Notes under the pieces: model-generated
Databases searched by the model: none
What the model was told of the DNA's origin: nothing
What the model saw: only the letters and a program-made list of their open reading frames with translations
Assembly (NCBI GenBank): GCA_001799285.1
Contig: MGTD01000008.1
Span: forward strand, 3,699-67,698
DNA length: 64,000 bases
From: Deltaproteobacteria bacterium RIFOXYD12_FULL_56_24
GTDB lineage: Bacteria; Desulfobacterota; Desulfobulbia; Desulfobulbales; Desulfurivibrionaceae
Reading direction: 5' to 3'
Shown: positions 30,179-38,793 of the stretch, piece after piece
Layout of the letters: the number at the start of each line of letters is the position of its first letter
Numbering within the stretch: position 1 is the first letter of the stretch
Translations under genes and position numbers: made by a program

Positions 30179-32176
30179 ATGGCGATCAAACGAAATGGAT
30201 GTGAAGGATGCGCGGATATCACCTGCGTTTCTACGCAACAGATTATCTCCCATGATGTGGCCAAAAACGTCAGGACTGCCTATGACCGTGTAAAGGCGCG
30301 GGGGATGTCGGCATGTTTGTTCGGTTCCGGCGGAACCTGTTGCCGTAACTGCAACATGGGGCCGTGCCAGATCATCGACGGGGTGGAAGATATGGTTGGC
30401 GTTTGCGGCGCCACCGCCGATACTGTGGCGGCCAGGAATTTTGCCCGTACCGTGGCCGGCGGTTCAGCCGCGCACACCGATCATGCCCGGGAGATGGTAA
30501 AGGGCTTCATCGGTGCAGCCAAAGGTGAGGGGCCGCATCAGATCAAAGACGTGGCCAAGCTCAAAAAGCTGGCCGAGGTTTATGATATTGTTACCGAAGG
30601 CAGGGAGGTAAAGGACATCGCCTTGGAGTTGGGGGAAAAGGCCCTGGCCGAATTCGGCAAGCAGGACGATGCGCCTCTTTCCATGCTGAAACGGGCTACG
30701 CCCAAGCGGCAGGCTCTCTGGAACAAACTCGGCATCGCGCCCCGCGGCATTGACCGCGAGGTGGTTGAAATGATGCATCGCACCCATATGGGCGTTGATC
30801 AGGAATATCACAACATTATGCTCCAGGCCTCCCGCACCGCCTTGTCCGACGGCTGGGGGGCCTCGATGCTCTCCACCGAGCTGACCGACATCATGTTCGG
30901 CACTCCGGTGCCCCGTCGCGCCATCGTTGATATTGGGGTGCTGAAGGCCGACCAGGTCAATATCACCGTGCATGGCCATGAACCTTTGCTGGCCGAGGCT
31001 TTGTGCCTTGCGGCCCAGGAACCGGAAATGCTGGAGCTGGCCAAAAAGAACGGGGCCAAGGGGATCAACTTGGCCGGCGTCTGCTGCACCGGCAACGAGA
31101 TTCTCATGCGCCGCGGGATTCCGGTGGCCGGAGGTTTCGTCCAGCAGGAGATGGTTCTGGCCACCGGCGCGGTAGAGGCGATGGTGGTTGATGTCCAGTG
31201 CGTCATGCAGTCCGTGGCCGAGGTGGCCAAGAATTTTCACACCGACATCATTACCACCAACTATCGGGCCAAGATGCCCGGCGGTATTCATATCCAGTTT
31301 GAGGAGCACGAAGCGCTTGAGTCAGCCAGAAAAATTCTGACCCACGCCATCAAGAACTTCAAGAAGCGCGGCAAGTGCTTTATCCCTCAGGAAACCAAGA
31401 TGGATGTGGTAGTGGGTTTCAGTCACGAAACCATCAATACCATGTTGGGCGGACGATTCCGCGCCAGCTACCGGCCGCTGAACGATAACATCATCAATGG
31501 CAGGATCCGCGGAGTGGCTGCCATTGTCGGCTGCGACAACTTCAAGCTGGCGGATGACACCCATGAAATCATCGTCAGGGAGTTGCTGAAAAACAACATC
31601 CTCGTTCTGGCCACCGGTTGTGCTGCAACCTCCCTCGGCAAGGCCGGCCTGGTCAATCCCGAAGCGGCCCGTTTCTGCGGCGACTCCTTGCGGGAGGTCT
31701 GCGAGACTGTGGGAATGCCGCCGGTTCTGCACATGGGTTCCTGTGTAGACAACTCACGGATTCTTATTGCCGCCACCGAGATGGTGCGGCAGGGCGGCTT
31801 GGGAGACGATATCTCCGACTTGCCCGCCATCGGCACCGCCCCCTTGTGGATGAGTGAAAAGGCCGTGGCCATCGGCCAATATTTTGTGGCCAGCGGCGCT
31901 CAGGTGGTGTTTCAGAATCTAGCCACCTCCGGGGCCAAGAATTTCACCAAGTATCTTACCGAAGGGTTGACGAGCGAGGTTGGCGCCCATTGGAATATTG
32001 CCTCGGAACCTTTGGAGATCGCCAGGATCATGATCGAAAAGATCGAGGAAAAACGTGATGCCCTGGGGATCAACAAGAAGAAAGAGCGTGTTCTTTTTGA
32101 CATGAACATGCGGCGCGACCTTGGCGGCGGCGGTCTGACGGACGTTGGTTGCCATGGCCCGGGTGTCGTCTCTTAA
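30179..32176 (+). CDS. cooS: Anaerobic Ni-CO dehydrogenase catalytic subunit
   Basis: CCRNCNMGPC B-cluster, HGHEP, GVCCTGNE, VDVQC, GCDN, TGCA, HMGSCVDNSR, WMSEKA. Confidence 0.97.
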   Translation: MAIKRNGCEGCADITCVSTQQIISHDVAKNVRTAYDRVKARGMSACLFGSGGTCCRNCNMGPCQIIDGVEDMVGVCGATADTVAARNFARTVAGGSAAHTDHAREMVKGFIGAAKGEGPHQIKDVAKLKKLAEVYDIVTEGREVKDIALELGEKALAEFGKQDDAPLSMLKRATPKRQALWNKLGIAPRGIDREVVEMMHRTHMGVDQEYHNIMLQASRTALSDGWGASMLSTELTDIMFGTPVPRRAIVDIGVLKADQVNITVHGHEPLLAEALCLAAQEPEMLELAKKNGAKGINLAGVCCTGNEILMRRGIPVAGGFVQQEMVLATGAVEAMVVDVQCVMQSVAEVAKNFHTDIITTNYRAKMPGGIHIQFEEHEALESARKILTHAIKNFKKRGKCFIPQETKMDVVVGFSHETINTMLGGRFRASYRPLNDNIINGRIRGVAAIVGCDNFKLADDTHEIIVRELLKNNILVLATGCAATSLGKAGLVNPEAARFCGDSLREVCETVGMPPVLHMGSCVDNSRILIAATEMVRQGGLGDDISDLPAIGTAPLWMSEKAVAIGQYFVASGAQVVFQNLATSGAKNFTKYLTEGLTSEVGAHWNIASEPLEIARIMIEKIEEKRDALGINKKKERVLFDMNMRRDLGGGGLTDVGCHGPGVVS

Positions 32177-32198
32177 TATTTTTTTGAAGCAAGAATAA

Positions 32199-32250
32199 AG
32201 CTGAGTTGAGCAGCTTGCCTGCTCAAACGAAACTTATACCCTTTGGGTGA
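32199..32250 (+). repeat. Repeat family A, short form
   Basis: AGCTGAGTTGAGCAGCTTGCCTGCTCAAACGAAACTTATACCCTTTGGGTG between cooS and metF-acsD. Confidence 0.88.
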
Positions 32251-32265
32251 AAAGGATCATAACCG

Positions 32266-34911
32266 ATGAAATCGGGAAGCCGTTTAGAACGCATTTTAAC
32301 ATCAGGAGTGTTCGCCGTCACCGGCGAGCTGGGGCCGCCCAAGAACGGCAATGCCGAACTGGTGCGGGAAAAAGCCCGGCTGCTTAAAGGGAGTGTTGAC
32401 GCGGTCAACATCACCGACTGCCAGACCGCCATCGTCCGCATGTCCAGCATCAGCGCAGGCCTTTTGACCCTGGCCGAGGGGGTGGAACCGGTCATTCAGA
32501 TGACCTGCCGCGACCGCAACCGGATCGGGATGCAGAGCGATATCCTGGGCGCTGCCGCCCTGGGGCTCAAAAACCTGCTCTGCCTTACCGGCGACCATCA
32601 GAAGTTCGGCAATCATCCCGGCTCAAAAGGCGTCTTTGACATGGACTCCATCCAGCTGCTTGGCATGGTGAAGTCCATGCGGGATGAAAAGATATTTCAG
32701 TCCGGCGAGGTGATCAAGTCGCACGAGCCCCGGTTATTTCTCGGCGCTGCGGCAAACCCGTTTGCCGGGCCGTCCGAGCAGTTCCGGGCCGCGCGGCTGG
32801 CAAAAAAGGTCGCCAACGGCGCTGATTTCGTCCAGACCCAAATCATCTACAATGTGGAACGATTCGCTCGTTTCATGCAGGCGGTCCGCGATCTCGGTCT
32901 CCATAAAAAAGTCCACATCCTGGCCGGCGTTACCCCGCCAAGATCCTTGGGTATGGCCCGTTACATGCAGAGTTCCGTGCCGGGCATGGATGTCACCGAT
33001 GAGGTGATCAAGCGGATGCAGGGGGCCAAGGACAAGGAAGACGAGGGGATCAACATCTGTGTTGATATCATCCGCCAGGTTCGGGAGATGGAAGGGGTGG
33101 CCGGGGTTCATATCATGGCCATTGAATGGGAGAGCGCTGTGCCGGAGATTGTCAGCCGGGCAGGGCTCGCCAGCCGCCCGGTCTTTGCCGATGAGCCTTT
33201 TGCCCTTGTGCCTTCGGCGGTAACGCCGGCTGCGCCAATTGAGGTTCGGACCACGGTGGCCGGGGTTGAGGAAAGTGATGCTCTCTTGGCGGCAGCCAAG
33301 ATTGAGGCAGAGAAGATTATCGCCGCGGCCAGGGCCGAGGCTGCTCAGTTCCGTGCGTCAGCCGCGACTGGCGGCAGCGGAGCCGGAGCGGTTGCTCAGG
33401 CAATGATTGAAACAGACGAAGCAGGAGAGGATGCGATGAACGAAAAAGAACGGCAAATGGCGCTTGACTCGGTACGGCTTGGTCTTGATGCGCTGAAAAA
33501 GGCCTACGGCTTGTCGGACGATCAATTTGATGCCCTGGTGAAATTTGCCGGGGCCGAGGCTATCCTTAAGCGCGAACCGGTACTCGCCGCGCCTGCTTCT
33601 TCAGCACCCACTCCGGTTGCCCCTGCGCCGATGGCTCCAGCGCCGGTCCATGACGAGAGTGTAGCCAAGAAGGCGGCCGAGGAGAAGGCAGCGGCAGAGG
33701 CCAAAAAGGCGGAAGCTGCCAAGAAAGCAGCCGAGGAGAAGGCGGCGGCAGAAGCCAAGCAGGCGGAGGCGGCGAAAAAAGCTGCCGAGGCAGCGGCCGC
33801 CGATGAGGCGAAGAAGGCGGAAGCCGCCAAGAAAGCCGCCGAGGAGAAGGCGGAGGCAGAGGTCAAAAAAGCCGCCGCTCCTGCACCGAAAAAAGCCAGC
33901 CCGGCCACTGCTGCGGTTGGCGCGGCTGAGCTCACCCTGGAAAAAACGGTTTTGCGCGAACGGGCCGCCAAGGTCCCCGAAGCTTCCTACAAGCAGGCAT
34001 ATACCGGCGCCATCCGCCAGACCGTTTTAGGCGACGCAGCGAGCGGCATCAAGGTGGGCGGGGCAAATACCCTGTCGTTTCATCTCTTTGAAGGCGCCAT
34101 GCCCAACCGGCCCCAGATAGCCTTTGATGTTCTTGATGTCAAACCAGACGAATGGCCCGACACCCTGGCCCGTCATTATCAGGATGTTCTGGATAATCCC
34201 CTGGCCTGGGCGCAAAAATGCGTCAAGGAATATGGGGCGGACGCCATCTGTCTCTCCATGGTCAGCACCGACCCCAACGGCTTGAACCGGCCGGCTGGGG
34301 AGGCGGCCAAGGCTGCGGCCGAGGTGGTCAAAAACATTGAGGTGCCGGTCATTGTCTGGGGTTGCGGCAACGGCGAAAAGGATACGGAGACCCTGCGGGA
34401 GATCACCTCGCTGATCGGCGACAAGAAGGTCTGCCTGGCGCCGCTTTCCGACAGCAACTACCGGGCCATCGGCGCCACGGCCATGGCCTTCCAGTATCCA
34501 ATGGTCGCCGCCTCGCCCATTGACGTGAATCTGGCCAAACAACTCAATATCCTGCTGGAGAATCTCGGAGTCTCCCTGGATTCCGTGTTGATCGATCCCT
34601 CCATCGGCGCCCTTGGCTACGGCATCGAATACACCTACTCCGTCATGGAACGTATTCGCCTTGCCGCGCTGACCCAGAAAGACGAGAAGCTCCAGGTGCC
34701 TTTTATCTGCAACCTGGGACGTGAGGTCTGGAAGGCCAAGGAATGTCGCTTGCCCACCGACGAGATGATCGGTGATCAGGAGACCCGCGGCATTCTCATG
34801 GAGGCGATTACCGCTTCCATCATGCTGATGGCGGGCGGCGAACTGATGATCATGCGGCATCCGCGGGCGGTTGCTCTCACCAAGTCGCTGATCACCGGGC
34901 TTATGGGCTGA
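32266..34911 (+). CDS. metF-acsD: Methylene-THF reductase (MetF) fused to corrinoid Fe-S protein small subunit (AcsD) through an Ala/Lys/Glu-rich linker
   Basis: N-terminal VTGELGPPK, QMTCRDRNR, NLLCLTGDH, GADFVQTQ; C-terminal IDPSIGALGYGIEY, ICNLGREVWK, MRHP. Confidence 0.88.
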   Translation: MKSGSRLERILTSGVFAVTGELGPPKNGNAELVREKARLLKGSVDAVNITDCQTAIVRMSSISAGLLTLAEGVEPVIQMTCRDRNRIGMQSDILGAAALGLKNLLCLTGDHQKFGNHPGSKGVFDMDSIQLLGMVKSMRDEKIFQSGEVIKSHEPRLFLGAAANPFAGPSEQFRAARLAKKVANGADFVQTQIIYNVERFARFMQAVRDLGLHKKVHILAGVTPPRSLGMARYMQSSVPGMDVTDEVIKRMQGAKDKEDEGINICVDIIRQVREMEGVAGVHIMAIEWESAVPEIVSRAGLASRPVFADEPFALVPSAVTPAAPIEVRTTVAGVEESDALLAAAKIEAEKIIAAARAEAAQFRASAATGGSGAGAVAQAMIETDEAGEDAMNEKERQMALDSVRLGLDALKKAYGLSDDQFDALVKFAGAEAILKREPVLAAPASSAPTPVAPAPMAPAPVHDESVAKKAAEEKAAAEAKKAEAAKKAAEEKAAAEAKQAEAAKKAAEAAAADEAKKAEAAKKAAEEKAEAEVKKAAAPAPKKASPATAAVGAAELTLEKTVLRERAAKVPEASYKQAYTGAIRQTVLGDAASGIKVGGANTLSFHLFEGAMPNRPQIAFDVLDVKPDEWPDTLARHYQDVLDNPLAWAQKCVKEYGADAICLSMVSTDPNGLNRPAGEAAKAAAEVVKNIEVPVIVWGCGNGEKDTETLREITSLIGDKKVCLAPLSDSNYRAIGATAMAFQYPMVAASPIDVNLAKQLNILLENLGVSLDSVLIDPSIGALGYGIEYTYSVMERIRLAALTQKDEKLQVPFICNLGREVWKAKECRLPTDEMIGDQETRGILMEAITASIMLMAGGELMIMRHPRAVALTKSLITGLMG

Positions 34912-34980
34912 GTTCTGAAATTGTGCACTTACCGATCGTAGCGCTGAAAAGCGTAACGGATTAAAGAGGAGAAAAACAAA

Positions 34981-37185
34981 ATGTCTAAGATCATCTGTTC
35001 AGCCGCCATTCGTGGGGCTCACAAGATTGTGGATATGGCGGAGGCCAAATTCGAAGAGGCCCTCAAGAAGTACGGCCCCGAACAGGAGGTTGGTTTTCCC
35101 AACACCGCCTACTTTTTGCCGATTATTTACAGCATGCTGGGTGCCAAGGTGCAGAATCTCGGCGACATGAAGGATATTTTCCGGGAATGCCGCACCCTTT
35201 TACCGCAAGAGGTGAGCAACAACACCTGGCTGCCGTACCTCGCCCCGGCCTTGGATGCGGGCATGGCCACCTTTTTTGCCGAGGAGATGTACGAGGCCAT
35301 CCGCTATCTCGAGACCCCGGATTTTTATACCAAGACCGAAGATCCGCTGGAGAACAACATCTGGCTGGGCGCTGCCGACGACGTAATCTTCCGTAAGCGC
35401 GGCGTTGAGTTCGTGGACGGCACGGCACCCGGTTTTGCCGCCATCATGGGCACTCCGGACGACAATGAGGTTGCCTCACGGATCGCCCTTGAGCTCCAGG
35501 AGAAGAATCTCTACATCTTCATGCACGACCAGAGTAACGGCAAGAACATGGCCGAACGGTTGATGGAAAACAAGGTGCAGGTCGGCTGGAACACCAGGCT
35601 GGTGCCCTTTGGCAAGAGTTACACCTCGGCGGTCTTCGCAATCGGCTTTGCCTGCCGGGTGGCCATGGCTTTCGGCGGCATCAAGCCCGGCGACTACCGG
35701 GGCAACCTGATCTACAATAAAGACCGGACCTTTGCCTTTATCATGGCCTTTGGACCGGTTTCCGACGAGTGGTACGCCAATGCGGCCGGCGCCATCAACT
35801 GGGGATTTCCCACCATCTCCGACTATGATATTCCCCAGGTGCTACCCACCGGGATCTGCACCTACGAACACGTGGTCAGCCAGGTGCCCCACGCGGAGAT
35901 CGTCCAGAAGGCCATTGAGGTGCGAGGCCTCAAGGTCAACGTCACCAAGATCGACATCCCCATGTCCTTCGGCCCGGCCTTTGAGGGCGAGCGGATTCGC
36001 AAGGACGACCTCTTCATGGAATGCGGCGGCGGCCGGACTTCCGCGGTGGAGGTGCTGATTTCCAAGGAGATGTCTGAGGTGGAGGACGGCAAGGTTACCA
36101 TCGAAGGCCCGGATATCAAGGACATCGAGCAGGGCAAAAATCTGCCTATCGCCATTCTGGTTGAGGTTGCCGGGCGCGGGATGCAGTCGGACTTCGAACC
36201 GATCCTCGAGCGCCAGTTCCATCACCTGATGAACTACATCCAGGGCATCATGCACATGGGCCAGCGGAACATCATGTGGATCCGCATCGGCAAGGCTGCG
36301 GTGGAAAAGGGCTTTTCCTTCACCCATCTCGGCAAGGTGCTGCACGGCAAGCTGCATCAGGAGTTCGGCGCCATTGTCGACAAAATCCAGGTCAAGATTT
36401 ACACCGAACTGGACAAGGTGGAAGAGGTCCAGGAGTTGGCCCGCAAGGTGTACGCGGAGCGCGATGAGCGTCTTGGTTCCATGACCGACGAGACCGAGGA
36501 GATTTTCTACTCCTGTACCCTGTGTCAATCTTTTGCTCCGAGCCATGTCTGCGTAATCACCCCGGAGCGGATCGGCATGTGCGGCGCTTATAACTGGCTG
36601 GACGGCAAGGCCTCCTTTCAGATTAACCCCACCGGTCCCAATCAGCCGATCCAGAAGGGTGATTGCCTGGATGAGAAACTCGGCATCTTCAAGGGAATCA
36701 ACGATTTTGTCGAGCAGACTTCCCGCGGGGCTGTGCCCGAACTTGCCCTCTATTCCCTGATGAACAGCCCGATGACCGCCTGCGGCTGTTTCGAGGCCAT
36801 TGCCGCCATGCTCCCCCAATGCAACGGGATCATGGTGGTCAACCGTGACTTCAGCGGCATGACCCCTTCCGGGATGAAGTTCACCACCTTGGCCGGCATG
36901 GCGGGCGGCGGCGCCCAGACCCCTGGTTTTATCGGGGTTTCCAAGCATTTTATGACCAGTCCCAAGCTGTTTGTCGCCGAGGGTGGGCTCAAGCGGATGG
37001 TCTGGCTTCCCAAGATGATGAAGGAAGAGATCAAGGACAAGCTCATGCAGCGCTGCAAGGAAATAGGCATGCCGGAGTTTTACGACATGATCGCCACAGA
37101 GGAGAACGGCACCACGGAAGAGGAAATCCTCGCCTTCATGAAAAAGGTCGGTCATCCGGCTCTGGAAATGGAATCCGTTGTTTAA
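34981..37185 (+). CDS. acsB: Acetyl-CoA synthase subunit
   Basis: GFPNTAYFLP, CTLCQSFAPSHVC, CGAYNW, PMTACGCFE A-cluster ligands. Confidence 0.97.
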   Translation: MSKIICSAAIRGAHKIVDMAEAKFEEALKKYGPEQEVGFPNTAYFLPIIYSMLGAKVQNLGDMKDIFRECRTLLPQEVSNNTWLPYLAPALDAGMATFFAEEMYEAIRYLETPDFYTKTEDPLENNIWLGAADDVIFRKRGVEFVDGTAPGFAAIMGTPDDNEVASRIALELQEKNLYIFMHDQSNGKNMAERLMENKVQVGWNTRLVPFGKSYTSAVFAIGFACRVAMAFGGIKPGDYRGNLIYNKDRTFAFIMAFGPVSDEWYANAAGAINWGFPTISDYDIPQVLPTGICTYEHVVSQVPHAEIVQKAIEVRGLKVNVTKIDIPMSFGPAFEGERIRKDDLFMECGGGRTSAVEVLISKEMSEVEDGKVTIEGPDIKDIEQGKNLPIAILVEVAGRGMQSDFEPILERQFHHLMNYIQGIMHMGQRNIMWIRIGKAAVEKGFSFTHLGKVLHGKLHQEFGAIVDKIQVKIYTELDKVEEVQELARKVYAERDERLGSMTDETEEIFYSCTLCQSFAPSHVCVITPERIGMCGAYNWLDGKASFQINPTGPNQPIQKGDCLDEKLGIFKGINDFVEQTSRGAVPELALYSLMNSPMTACGCFEAIAAMLPQCNGIMVVNRDFSGMTPSGMKFTTLAGMAGGGAQTPGFIGVSKHFMTSPKLFVAEGGLKRMVWLPKMMKEEIKDKLMQRCKEIGMPEFYDMIATEENGTTEEEILAFMKKVGHPALEMESVV

Positions 37186-37297
37186 TTTTCAGATATAAGC
37201 TGTCGGCTTTAAGCTGTCAGCGATACGATTCATGATTAATATTTAAGCTTAAGGCTTATAGCTTAGAGCTTGCCCCTTATACTGGAGGAACAGACAG

Positions 37298-38653
37298 ATG
37301 GCTTTAACAGGTATTCAAATCCTCAAAATGCTCCCCAAGAAAAACTGTGGGGAGTGCGGTATTCCGACCTGTCTCGCCTTTGCCATGAAGGTGGCGGCCG
37401 GGCAGATGGAAATTGGCGAATGCCCGTATGTGAGCGATGAGGTCAAGGAGCAGATCGGTGAGGCTTCCGCCCCTCCGATCCGGACTGTTAAAATCGGCAC
37501 CGGGGACAGCGCCTATACCACCGGCGGCGAAACCTGTCTCTTTCGCCATGAAAAGCGTTTCGAGAACCCCACCGGCATAGCGGTGCTGGTTACCACGGAG
37601 ATGAACGAGGCCGAGGTCGAGGGGAGGATCAGCCGGTTCAAGAGCCTCCGTTACGAGCGGGTCGGCGTTCTGCTCAAGGCCGACCTGATCGCGGTCAAGG
37701 ACAGCAAGGGCGATGCTGCCGCCTTTACCGCCCTGACCAGGATGGTACTGGATGGCGCCCCCGATGCCGGACTCATCCTGATGAGCGACAATCCCGATAA
37801 CCTCAAGGCAGGTGCTGCCGCCTGCGGGGAACGCAAGCCGCTCCTTTATGCCGCCACCGCTGCCAATGCTGAGGCCATGGCTGCTGTGGCCAAGGAGACC
37901 GGCTGCCCACTGGTTGCCAAGGGTGTAAACCTTGACGAGACCGTGGCGATTTCCGAGAAACTGCTGGCCGCCGGGCTCAAGGATTTGATGCTCGACAGCG
38001 GCGCCCGCACCATTCGGGCCGCCATGGAAGACAGCGTGGTGGGCCGGCGTTCCGCCATCCGGGCCAAATTCAAGCCTCTGGGTTTTCCGACCATCACCTT
38101 TCCCTGTGAGATCTCCACTGATCCGCTGATGGAGGCCATGGTCGCCTCGGTGCTTATTGCCAAATACGCCGGGATCATCGTTCTCTCCGACCTTCAGGGC
38201 GATATCCTCTTCCCACTGTTGCTGGAGCGGCTCAATCTCTTCACCGATCCGCAGCGGCCCATGGTGGTTCAGGAAGACGTCTACAACATCAACGGCCCAA
38301 CCGAAGATTCCCCGGTGCTGATCACCTGTAATTTCTCCCTTACCTACTTCATCGTCTCGGGCGAGATTGAGGGGAGTAAGGTGCCTTCCTGGCTGCTGAT
38401 TAAGGATACGGAAGGGCTTTCGGTTCTAACTGCCTGGGCGGCCGGCAAGTTCGGCGCGGACATGATCGCGGCGTTCATGAAGAAGTCCGGAATCGAGAGC
38501 AAGGTCAAGCATCGGGAGCTCATTATCCCCGGTTACTTGGCCTCCATGAAGGGCGAGCTTGAGGAAGAGCTGGCCGGCTGGACCATTACCATCGGTCCCC
38601 GCGAAGCCGGACATCTTCCTGCCTTTTTGAAGGAATGGAAGCCAGCGGCATGA
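37298..38653 (+). CDS. acsC: Corrinoid Fe-S protein large subunit
   Basis: LPKKNCGECGIPTCLAFA FeS motif, ITCNFSLTYF, GLSVLTAWAAGKF. Confidence 0.97.
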   Translation: MALTGIQILKMLPKKNCGECGIPTCLAFAMKVAAGQMEIGECPYVSDEVKEQIGEASAPPIRTVKIGTGDSAYTTGGETCLFRHEKRFENPTGIAVLVTTEMNEAEVEGRISRFKSLRYERVGVLLKADLIAVKDSKGDAAAFTALTRMVLDGAPDAGLILMSDNPDNLKAGAAACGERKPLLYAATAANAEAMAAVAKETGCPLVAKGVNLDETVAISEKLLAAGLKDLMLDSGARTIRAAMEDSVVGRRSAIRAKFKPLGFPTITFPCEISTDPLMEAMVASVLIAKYAGIIVLSDLQGDILFPLLLERLNLFTDPQRPMVVQEDVYNINGPTEDSPVLITCNFSLTYFIVSGEIEGSKVPSWLLIKDTEGLSVLTAWAAGKFGADMIAAFMKKSGIESKVKHRELIIPGYLASMKGELEEELAGWTITIGPREAGHLPAFLKEWKPAA

Positions 38654-38793
38654 TCCCGAGTATTGGATGCTGAGTGCTTCGCAGTGGGATTATAGCTCAT
38701 ATAGGTCCTATAAGACTTATAAATCCTAAATGATCTGTTTTGCCCGACTGTAACGCCCTGTTGCAGGGGCAATTATCACCATTAGGTTTTCTG

